A model generated the notes under the pieces. The model made no database searches. It saw only the letters and a program-made list of their open reading frames with translations, and was not told the DNA's origin. Positions 43,966-51,403 of a stretch of 64,000 bases of DNA are shown here, piece after piece. The stretch's first letter is position 1. Each line of letters starts with the position of its first letter. The position numbers and the translations under genes are program-made. The stretch is from positions 75,047 through 139,046 of the forward strand of contig JAFTYE010000010.1 in assembly GCA_017464805.1 (NCBI GenBank). The letters are read 5' to 3'. The stretch comes from Clostridia bacterium (lineage in GTDB: Bacteria > Bacillota > Clostridia > Oscillospirales > CAG-272).

Positions 43966-45216
43966 ATGAAACGATTGATCGTACATCATGGTAGCCCGCT
44001 CCGCGGCGCGGTACCCGTCGGCGGCAGCAAAAACGCCGCCCTGCCCATCCTAGCCGCCACGCTGCTTTGCGAGGAGCCGTGTATCATCGGCAACCTGCCC
44101 GTCATTCGTGATGTGGAACGAATGCTTACCATTTTAATACATATGGGTTGCACGGTGGAACGGATCGACCGCGCCACCTACCGCATCGACTCAAGAGAGG
44201 CGGTCGTACCCGCCACACCCGATAAGCTGACTCAGGATCTGCGCGCCTCCTCCTATCTGCTTGGTGCAGGGCTCGGTCGCTTCGGGGAAGGGCGCATCGG
44301 CAAGATCGGTGGATGCGACTTCGGCGGTCGCCCCATCGATCAGCATATCAAGGCGTTTGCCGCCCTCGGCGGCTCGGTGTGCCTGTCGGAGGAGGAGATC
44401 ACCGTCTGTGCCCCTGCACTCATAGGGGCCAGGGTGGACTTTGATACCGTGTCGGTCGGCGCGACCGTCAACGCCATGCTGGCGGCCGTGCGAGCAAAAG
44501 GGGAAACCGTCCTGTTCCATGCGGCAAGTGAGCCGCACATTGTGGACCTTGCACGTTTTCTGAACCGTTGCGGCGCGGATATCCGCGGCGCGGGAACGGG
44601 TGTCATCCGCATTCGGGGCGTCGAGCATCTGCACGGATGCACTTACGGCATCATTCCCGACATGATCGAGGCAGGGACCTACCTGCTTGCAGCCGCCGCC
44701 ACACGCGGTGCCGTGTCGGCTCGGGGCATTCCCCCCGATCAGCTCCGCCCCCTGACCGAAAAGCTGCGGCAGATGGGCGCGGACGTGGATTGCGAGGAAA
44801 ACACCGTCACCGTCTTTGCCGCCTCTCCCTTGCGCGCCGTATCGGTCGATACCCGTCCGTATCCTGGCTTTCCGACCGATCTGCAACCCCAGATGGTCGC
44901 CGCGCTTGCGGTGTCTCAGGGGGTGGGAACGGTACGGGAAAACGTGTGGCATAAACGATTCCGTTACGTAGAGGAACTTCACAAAATGGGGGCGTCCATC
45001 CGCGTGTTCGATAACCGCGCGACCGTGGTCGGCGGCAGTCTGACCGGGACATCTCTGAACGTTCCCGACCTGCGCGCGGGCGCGGCTCTTTTGATCGCTG
45101 CCTGTGCGGCGGAGGGAGAAAGCGTGCTCTTTGGTATCGAGCCGATTATGCGCGGCTATGAGGACATCCTTTATAAAATGCAGTCGCTTGGCGCGGATAT
45201 TCGTGAAGAGGAATGA
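43966..45216 (+). CDS. murA: UDP-N-acetylglucosamine 1-carboxyvinyltransferase
   Basis: 416 aa. GGSKNAALPILAATLL. Active-site Cys in KIGGCDFGGRPIDQH. Confidence 0.95.
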   Translation: MKRLIVHHGSPLRGAVPVGGSKNAALPILAATLLCEEPCIIGNLPVIRDVERMLTILIHMGCTVERIDRATYRIDSREAVVPATPDKLTQDLRASSYLLGAGLGRFGEGRIGKIGGCDFGGRPIDQHIKAFAALGGSVCLSEEEITVCAPALIGARVDFDTVSVGATVNAMLAAVRAKGETVLFHAASEPHIVDLARFLNRCGADIRGAGTGVIRIRGVEHLHGCTYGIIPDMIEAGTYLLAAAATRGAVSARGIPPDQLRPLTEKLRQMGADVDCEENTVTVFAASPLRAVSVDTRPYPGFPTDLQPQMVAALAVSQGVGTVRENVWHKRFRYVEELHKMGASIRVFDNRATVVGGSLTGTSLNVPDLRAGAALLIAACAAEGESVLFGIEPIMRGYEDILYKMQSLGADIREEE

Positions 45217-45654
45217 TCAGCGACGAACGCGTCGCCTTTTCGGTGCACGCTTCGTGCCGCCGATCATACCGCCCAGCACCGTAAAAAGAAAGACGGGAAT
45301 GTCCGTGAACAGTACCTTCGCGGCGCGAAGCTCTCCACTTCCCGAAAATACAAGCAGGGCAATCAGAAACAGCACCACCATGCAAAGTCCCGACAAAAGA
45401 CCGCACAAAAGTCCTTGCTTCCCACGCAACCGCGCACAAAGAAACCCGCAGAACAGGGAAGAGGTCAGCGCGGCAATATAGGCAAAGGTGGGGATCAGGC
45501 GGCCGGGATCGTTGCTTTGGTAGGCAAAAAAGGTCAGAAGAAAGGCCATGCAGGGCAAAAAGACCGCCGTGGCCGCGACAGCCGTGCCTACCGAGGAGAG
45601 AAGAGAACGCTCCTTTTTTGCCCGATGCAACACAGGGCTTACCGAATGATCCAT
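45217..45654 (-). CDS. Small membrane protein (TIGR04086/YrzE-like)
   Basis: 145 aa, 4 TM, basic C-terminal tail. Sits next to yajC as in many Clostridia. Its stop abuts the murA stop. Confidence 0.65.
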   Translation of the reverse strand: MDHSVSPVLHRAKKERSLLSSVGTAVAATAVFLPCMAFLLTFFAYQSNDPGRLIPTFAYIAALTSSLFCGFLCARLRGKQGLLCGLLSGLCMVVLFLIALLVFSGSGELRAAKVLFTDIPVFLFTVLGGMIGGTKRAPKRRRVRR

Positions 45655-45725
45655 AAAACAAAAGCCTCCCGAAAATATTTTCCCATGAAAAATATATGTC
45701 GGGGGGCCGTTGTTTATGATATGAA

Positions 45726-46079
45726 TTATTTGTTTTCGGTGTTCTCGGGGGTGGGGGCGCGCTTGCTGGCGGCCGATACGTCTACAGAGCGAACCGCGCT
45801 CTTGAGGAAGCGGATCTTGGTGCCGGCCTTGCTGGTTTCAATCGTGATGGTCTCATCCTTCATGCTCACGATCTCGCCGATGATACCGCCGATGGTGGTG
45901 ATCTCGTCGCCTACCTCCAGGGCATTGCGCATGGCAGCTGCGTCCTTCTCCTGCTTGCGCTGGGGACGGATGATCAGGAAATAGAACACAACGATGAGCA
46001 GGATCAGGCTCACCCAAGTGAACCAACTGCCGCCGGCGTTGTTTGCAGCTTCGCCTTCCAGTAAAAATTGAAACATCAT
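45726..46079 (-). CDS. yajC: Preprotein translocase subunit YajC
   Basis: 117 aa. FYFLIIRPQRKQEK...VGDEITTIGGIIGEIV. Confidence 0.9.
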   Translation of the reverse strand: MMFQFLLEGEAANNAGGSWFTWVSLILLIVVFYFLIIRPQRKQEKDAAAMRNALEVGDEITTIGGIIGEIVSMKDETITIETSKAGTKIRFLKSAVRSVDVSAASKRAPTPENTENK

Positions 46080-46115
46080 AAACCTCCTTGTTTTTTTGAA
46101 ACATATATCTCTTTC

Positions 46116-46144
46116 ATTATAGCGTGTTTTTCGCCCGAATACAA
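46116..46144 (-). promoter_or_regulatory. Promoter of yajC
   Basis: Minus strand: TTGTAT (46144-46139), 17 nt, TATAAT (46121-46116). Confidence 0.5.
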
Positions 46145-46171
46145 GAGAAAAAAGGAAAAAAGATCGGGAAT

Positions 46172-46263
46172 TTGTGAATTTTCATCTATGTGTGCTCGGT
46201 CATCCCAGTCGAAAAAACGGGGATTGTGAACTTTCCTTGAAAATATGCTTGACTTTTTGTGAA
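46172..46263 (+). repeat. Three helically phased TTGTGAA direct repeats at the NCS2 permease promoter
   Basis: TTGTGAA at 46172, 46224 and 46257 (spacings of 52 and 33 nt). The third lies in the -35/-10 spacer. Confidence 0.4.
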
Positions 46264-46277
46264 TATCATGGTACAAT
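46249..46277 (+). promoter_or_regulatory. Promoter of the NCS2 permease gene
   Basis: TTGACT (46249-46254), 17 nt, TACAAT (46272-46277), with TGg extension. Confidence 0.6.
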
Positions 46278-46280
46278 ATC

Positions 46281-46382
46281 AAGCGGTAGAACCGTTAAGT
46301 CTTTTGGTAGGGTAGCACCGCGTGCCTACAGGATTTGGAAGGGACCGCTTTGTATCTTGCCGCAGGGCAGGATATTTTTTTT
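46281..46382 (+). promoter_or_regulatory. Structured 5' leader with intrinsic terminator (attenuator / candidate riboswitch, class unknown)
   Basis: AAGCGGU (46281-87) pairs with ACCGCUU (46344-50), enclosing GGUAGG...CCUAC. A terminator follows immediately: UAUCUUGCC-GCAG-GGCAGGAUA plus U8 (46353-46382), about 40 nt before the RBS. Confidence 0.5.
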
Positions 46383-46424
46383 GCGATCCGACGGGCTTTG
46401 CCAAAAAAATAAGGAGAGAAAACT

Positions 46425-47801
46425 ATGAAACTCATCTACAATGTTCAAGACAAGCCTCGGTTCGGTCAGCTGATCGTGTTTGCGATCCAGCAGCTGCTTG
46501 CCATCATGGCGGCGACCATCGCCGTTCCCATGCTGATCGGCAACGGCATGACCGCTTCCGCCGCCCTGTTCGGTGCCGGTATCGGTACCCTGGTGTACCA
46601 GCTCTTCACCAAATTCAAAAGCCCTGTGTTCCTCGGCTCTTCCTTTGCCTTCATGCCCTCAATGGGTGCTGCCTTTGCAGGTGCCGTTTCGATGTCGCTC
46701 GGCTACCTCGGCCTGATTCTTGGTGCTCTGTTTGCAGGCCTTGTGTATGTCGTAATCGCGCTGGTCGTGAAGTTCGCGGGCGTCGCCTGGATCAATAAGC
46801 TCATGCCCGCCGTCGTGATCGGCCCGACCGTTGCTCTGATCGGTCTGTCGCTTGCGGGCGCGGCCATCAACGACGTGTTCTCTTACGGTCCTCAGAACTC
46901 CGAAACCGGCGCGTTCGTCATGTCCACCGGTATCTGGGCTTCCGTTGTCTGTGCACTGGTCACCCTCGCCGTCGTTATCATCTGCTCCGTCTACGGTAAG
47001 AAGATGGCCAAGCTCATCCCCTTCATCATCGGTATCCTGGCAGGCTACGCCGTTGCCATGATCTTCACCGTCATTGGTATCCTGACCGACAACGACGCTC
47101 TGCGCGTGATCGACTTTGCCCCCTTCGAAGCACTCCTTACCGACGGTGCCGTCACCATCAAGACCTTCCTGGCCGTTCCCGAGTTCTCCTTCATCGAAGC
47201 GTTCAAGGGAGTCGGCGATTTTGAGTGGTCCTACGTGGCGACCATCGCCGTTGCTTATATTCCCGTTGCCTTCGTTGTGTTCGCCGAGCACATCGCCGAC
47301 CACAAGAACCTCTCCTCCATCATCGAGAGCGAGCTTCTCGAGGAGCCCGGTCTGCATCGCACCCTGCTGGGTGACGGCGTTGGCTCCATCGTCGGTGCCT
47401 TCTTCGGCGGTTGCCCCAACACCACCTACGGCGAGTCGGTCGGTTGCGTTGCTATCATCAAGAACGCGTCGGTCGTGACCATCACCACCACCGCGATCAT
47501 AGCGATGCTTATCTCCTTCATCTCCCCCTTCGTCGCATTCCTGGATTCCATCCCCGGCTGCGTCATGGGCGGCGTTTGCATTACCCTGTACGGCTTTATC
47601 GCCGTTTCGGGTCTGAAGATGATCCAGAAGGTAGACCTTGAGCAAAACAAGAACCTGTTCGTCGTTGCCTCCATTCTCATCCCCGGCATCGGCGGCATGG
47701 CTATGCAGATCGGTCAGGTTACCATCACCGCCATCGCATGCGCCCTCATCCTCGGCATCCTGGTCAACCTCATGGTCAACCGTGCCAAGAACGAGGAATA
47801 A
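46425..47801 (+). CDS. NCS2-family nucleobase (uracil/xanthine-type) permease
   Basis: 458 aa, ~13-14 TM. QHLLAM-type motif (IQQLLAIMAATIAVP) and TTYGESVG. Confidence 0.88.
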   Translation: MKLIYNVQDKPRFGQLIVFAIQQLLAIMAATIAVPMLIGNGMTASAALFGAGIGTLVYQLFTKFKSPVFLGSSFAFMPSMGAAFAGAVSMSLGYLGLILGALFAGLVYVVIALVVKFAGVAWINKLMPAVVIGPTVALIGLSLAGAAINDVFSYGPQNSETGAFVMSTGIWASVVCALVTLAVVIICSVYGKKMAKLIPFIIGILAGYAVAMIFTVIGILTDNDALRVIDFAPFEALLTDGAVTIKTFLAVPEFSFIEAFKGVGDFEWSYVATIAVAYIPVAFVVFAEHIADHKNLSSIIESELLEEPGLHRTLLGDGVGSIVGAFFGGCPNTTYGESVGCVAIIKNASVVTITTTAIIAMLISFISPFVAFLDSIPGCVMGGVCITLYGFIAVSGLKMIQKVDLEQNKNLFVVASILIPGIGGMAMQIGQVTITAIACALILGILVNLMVNRAKNEE

Positions 47802-47816
47802 GCCTCACTGATAAGC

Positions 47817-47850
47817 AAGAAAGCCCCCACTGCTCGGTGGGGGCTTTCTT
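47817..47850 (+). terminator. Hairpin terminator after the permease gene
   Basis: AAGAAAGCCCCCAC-TGCTCG-GTGGGGGCTTTCTT. Confidence 0.6.
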
Positions 47851-47878
47851 GCGCTTTTGCAATTTTGCGAATTATATC

Positions 47879-47907
47879 TTGCAAAAACGCGGCAAATGTG
47901 GTATACT
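47879..47907 (+). promoter_or_regulatory. Promoter of the RpiR-family regulator gene
   Basis: TTGCAA (47879-47884), 17 nt, TATACT (47902-47907), with TGg extension. Confidence 0.55.
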
Positions 47908-47932
47908 GTCTTATAGTTTGCACGGAAGGGGA

Positions 47933-48796
47933 ATGTCCATGGAAAACGATATCGAAAGCCGCATTCGGGCAAAGGAATCCGAGTTCTCGAAGGGGCAGAA
48001 AAAGATCGCCTCCGCTATTCTTGAAAATTACGACAAGGCGGCGTATATGACCGCCGCGCGTCTTGGGGAAATGGTGTCGGTGTCCGAGTCTACCGTCGTT
48101 CGCTTCGCCATCGAGCTGGGCTATGCGGGTTATCCGGAGCTTCAGCACGCCGTGCAGGAGCTCGTGCGCGCCAAGCTCACCTCCAATCAACGCATTCAAG
48201 TCTCTAACCTCCGCCTCGGAGACGGAGACGTGCTGGACAGCGTGCTGGCCGCCGATATGGCCAAGATCAAGTACACCCTGGAAAACATCAACCGCGACTC
48301 CTTCGAGCGCGCCGTGGACGCCCTGTGCGCCGCACGCCGCGTCTACATTCTCGGCGTTCGTTCCTCGGCATCGCTTGCCTCCTTCCTCAGCTTCAATCTA
48401 GGACTGGTCTTTGATAACGTCCGCTTCATCCAGCCCACCAGCAGCGGCGAGGTCTTTGAGCAAATGCTGGACATCGGGGCAGGGGATGTGGTCTTTGCCA
48501 TCAGCTTCCCCCGCTATTCTACCAAGCTCATCAACGCCGTCAAATATGCCCACGCACAGGGTGCCTCGGTCATTTCGCTGACCGATAGCGTCATGTCCCC
48601 CATCGCCGCCCCCGCCGATGCCGTTCTGACCGCACAAAGCGACATGGCCTCCTATGTCGACTCGCTCGTTGCGCCGCTCTCCATCATCAACGCCGTGTTG
48701 GTCGCCATCACTAAGAAAACACAGGATCAGATTACCGCCCGCTTCGATAAGCTGGAAAAGATCTGGGATGAATATGATGTCTATGCAAAACGATAA
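47933..48796 (+). CDS. MurR/RpiR-family transcriptional regulator (HTH plus SIS domain)
   Basis: Start at ATG 47933 or 47939 after GGAAGGGGA. AARLGEMVSVSESTVVRFA (HTH). SIS domain (YILGVRSSASLA). Confidence 0.85.
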   Translation: MSMENDIESRIRAKESEFSKGQKKIASAILENYDKAAYMTAARLGEMVSVSESTVVRFAIELGYAGYPELQHAVQELVRAKLTSNQRIQVSNLRLGDGDVLDSVLAADMAKIKYTLENINRDSFERAVDALCAARRVYILGVRSSASLASFLSFNLGLVFDNVRFIQPTSSGEVFEQMLDIGAGDVVFAISFPRYSTKLINAVKYAHAQGASVISLTDSVMSPIAAPADAVLTAQSDMASYVDSLVAPLSIINAVLVAITKKTQDQITARFDKLEKIWDEYDVYAKR

Positions 48797-50036
48797 CCTG
48801 CCGCATGTCGTCGTCGTGGGCGGCGGCGCCGCCGGTATGATGGCGGCGGGTGTGGCCCTCGAGGGCGGCGCGTGCGTCACCCTCTTTGAAGGGAACGACC
48901 GCCTCGGCCGCAAGCTTGCCATCACGGGCAAGGGCCGTTGTAACCTCACGAACGATTGCTCCGCACAGGAAATCCTGCAAAACGTTACGCGTAACGCACG
49001 CTTTCTGTTCGCCGCCATGGCGGCCTGCCCTCCCGCCGAGGTTATGGCCCTTGTGGAACGGCTCGGTGTGCCCCTCAAGACCGAGCGCGGCAGGCGGGTC
49101 TTTCCCGTCTCCGATCGCGCCGCCGATATCGTGTCCGCCTTCTCGCGCTACTGCGCGGATGCCCGGATTGTTCACGCGCGTGTGACGGACATTCTCGCAA
49201 ACGAGGACGGTGTCTATGCCGTCTGCGCCGGAAATAAGGAATACAAGACAGATGCCGTTATCCTTGCCACGGGAGGAAAGTCTTACCCCCTCACGGGCTC
49301 GGACGGCGCAGGCTACCGTCTTGCCATGCGTCTCGGCCATACCGTCACAGCCCTCGCCCCCTCGCTGGTTCCGATCACCTCGTCCGATCCCGGCTGCGCC
49401 GACATGATGGGCCTTTCGCTCAAAAACGTCGGGCTTCGCATCTTGCCTGCTGTGGGTGGCAAGGTGCTATATGAGGATTTCGGTGAAATGCTCTTTACCC
49501 ACTTCGGGTTAAGCGGCCCAATGGTGTTAAGTGCCTCCGCGCATTTGCATGGACAGAACATGACCGACCTTGTGGCCGAGATTGACATGAAGCCCGCCCT
49601 GGATGACAAAACCCTGGACGCACGCCTGTGTGCGGACTTCGCCAAATACGCAAACCGCGATTTCGCAAATTCGCTTTCCGATCTGCTCCCTGCCGCCATG
49701 ATTCCCGTTGCCGTGCGGCGCACGGGCATTGACCCGCACAAAAAGGTGCATTCGGTCACGCGAGAGGAACGCAAAAGGCTCGCCTCCGTTATCAAACGCT
49801 TCCGCGTGACACTTGACGGCTTCCGCCCCATCGAGGAGGCCATTGTGACCTCGGGTGGTGTGGAGGTGAAGGAGGTCAACCCCAAAACCATGGAATCTAA
49901 GTTGGTAAAAGGCTTATTCTTCGCAGGCGAGATTCTGGATGTAGATGCTTACACGGGCGGTTACAACCTACAGATCGCCTTTGCCACGGGTGCGGCCGCA
50001 GGACGGCACGCCGCCATATTACACAAGGAAGGATGA
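48774..50036 (+). CDS. HI0933/BaiN-like NAD(P)/FAD-dependent oxidoreductase
   Basis: VVVVGGGAAGMMAAG dinucleotide fold and the GYNLQIAFATG C-terminal motif. The exact start among ATGs at 48768-48783 is uncertain. Overlaps the rpiR-like gene. Confidence 0.8.
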   Translation: MMSMQNDNLPHVVVVGGGAAGMMAAGVALEGGACVTLFEGNDRLGRKLAITGKGRCNLTNDCSAQEILQNVTRNARFLFAAMAACPPAEVMALVERLGVPLKTERGRRVFPVSDRAADIVSAFSRYCADARIVHARVTDILANEDGVYAVCAGNKEYKTDAVILATGGKSYPLTGSDGAGYRLAMRLGHTVTALAPSLVPITSSDPGCADMMGLSLKNVGLRILPAVGGKVLYEDFGEMLFTHFGLSGPMVLSASAHLHGQNMTDLVAEIDMKPALDDKTLDARLCADFAKYANRDFANSLSDLLPAAMIPVAVRRTGIDPHKKVHSVTREERKRLASVIKRFRVTLDGFRPIEEAIVTSGGVEVKEVNPKTMESKLVKGLFFAGEILDVDAYTGGYNLQIAFATGAAAGRHAAILHKEG

Positions 50037-50041
50037 ATTCT

Positions 50042-50716
50042 ATGAAAATTGCACTTGACGGCCCCAGCGGCGCAGGAAAAAGCAGCCTTGCTCGTGCCAT
50101 CGCCGATAAATTGCAGATCGTGTATGTCGATACGGGCGCGCTTTATCGTTCGATCGGCTTGTTCATGCGCAGCCGTGATATCGATCCCAAGGACGCACAG
50201 GCAGTCGAGGCCTGCCTGCCCGAGGTCGATCTGCGTCTCGCCCACGAGAACGGGGAACAGCATATCTATCTCTGCGGCAAGGATGTCGGGGATTCTATCC
50301 GTACCCCCGAAATGTCCATGTACGCCTCCGCTGTGTCGGCCATTCCCGCTGTGCGTGCCTTTCTGCTTGACACCCAACGCTCGATTGCACAAAAGACCTC
50401 TGTCATCATGGATGGCCGTGATATCGGTACGGTGATCCTGCCGGATGCCGAGGTCAAGATCTTCCTTACCGCCTCGGTTGAAGCACGCGCGCGCCGTCGC
50501 GTTTTGGAGCTTGCCGAGAAGGGAATTGCAGCCACCTATGAGGAGGTGCTTGCCGATATGATCGAGCGCGATAAAAACGACAGCACAAGAAAAACCGCCC
50601 CCGCCATCCCCGCCGAGGATGCCGTTTTTCTTGACAACTCCGATCTGACCTTCGCAGAAACAGTCGAGCGTGCGCTCGCCATCGTGGTCGAAAAAACCAC
50701 AAAAATCAGGAGATAA
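50042..50716 (+). CDS. cmk: Cytidylate kinase
   Basis: ATG 50042 (MKIALDGPSGAGKSSLARAIA...). DTGALYR and GRDIGTV motifs. Confidence 0.93.
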   Translation: MKIALDGPSGAGKSSLARAIADKLQIVYVDTGALYRSIGLFMRSRDIDPKDAQAVEACLPEVDLRLAHENGEQHIYLCGKDVGDSIRTPEMSMYASAVSAIPAVRAFLLDTQRSIAQKTSVIMDGRDIGTVILPDAEVKIFLTASVEARARRRVLELAEKGIAATYEEVLADMIERDKNDSTRKTAPAIPAEDAVFLDNSDLTFAETVERALAIVVEKTTKIRR

Positions 50717-50734
50717 CAGGGAGCAGAACTAAAA

Positions 50735-51403
50735 ATGTCCACAAAAAAGAAACTTACACAAGAGGAAAAGGATCGTCGCTTTTACCGCCGCGCCTGGAAC
50801 GCGGTCGCGGGCTTTTTCCGTTTCGTCATGCGTCTCTCCGCCACGGGCAAGGAGAATGTCCCTGCCGAGGGTGGCTATATCCTGTGCATCAATCACATCG
50901 CTGCCGTGGACGTGATCTCGGTGGCGGCGGTCTGCCCACGTCAGCTTCGCTTCCTTGCCAAAAAAGAGTTGTTCCGCATACCCCTGCTGGGGTGGTTGAT
51001 CCGCCGTCTCGGCGCGTGTCCGCTTGACCGTGGCGGCAGCGATGTTGCTGCGATCAAAAAGACCGTCTCCCTCGCCTCGGGTGGCGAGCTGGTCGGCATA
51101 TTCCCGCAGGGGCATCGCTACCCCGGTAAAAACCCTGCCGATACCCCAATCAAAAACGGTGCCGGCATGATCGCCTATCGCTCCCGTTGCTCGGTTATCC
51201 CTGTTTGCCTAAAAATGAAAAAGCAGAAATATGCCCTCTTCCGCCGCGTGGAGGTCATTTTCGGCAATCCCATTTCGAACGAGGAGCTTTTCCCCGCGGG
51301 AGAGGGCAATTCCGAGGCCTACGCTGCTGCTAGCCGCCGCATCTTTGACGAGATCTGCCGCCTCGGCGGCTTTGTGCCCTCCGATAAGGGAGAGAACGCA
51401 TGA
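50735..51403 (+). CDS. plsC: 1-acyl-sn-glycerol-3-phosphate acyltransferase
   Basis: 222 aa. HxxxxD motif (NHIAAVD) and FPQGHR. Confidence 0.85.
   Translation: MSTKKKLTQEEKDRRFYRRAWNAVAGFFRFVMRLSATGKENVPAEGGYILCINHIAAVDVISVAAVCPRQLRFLAKKELFRIPLLGWLIRRLGACPLDRGGSDVAAIKKTVSLASGGELVGIFPQGHRYPGKNPADTPIKNGAGMIAYRSRCSVIPVCLKMKKQKYALFRRVEVIFGNPISNEELFPAGEGNSEAYAAASRRIFDEICRLGGFVPSDKGENA

Noticed and set aside
45214-45219. Stop codons of the convergent murA and TIGR04086-like genes abut as the palindrome TGATCA, with no intergenic terminator.
   Set aside because: It is a curiosity only. Convergent genes with zero spacing occur by chance in compact genomes, and no additional structure is visible.
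46281-46350. A PyrR attenuator, purine riboswitch or ykkC-type aptamer in the NCS2 permease leader.
   Set aside because: There is no ARUCCAGAGAGGYU PyrR loop and no purine three-way junction. It only vaguely resembles the ykkC GGGU box and lacks the GGUCCGAGAG and ACGG..GGGA elements. It is kept as an unclassified leader.
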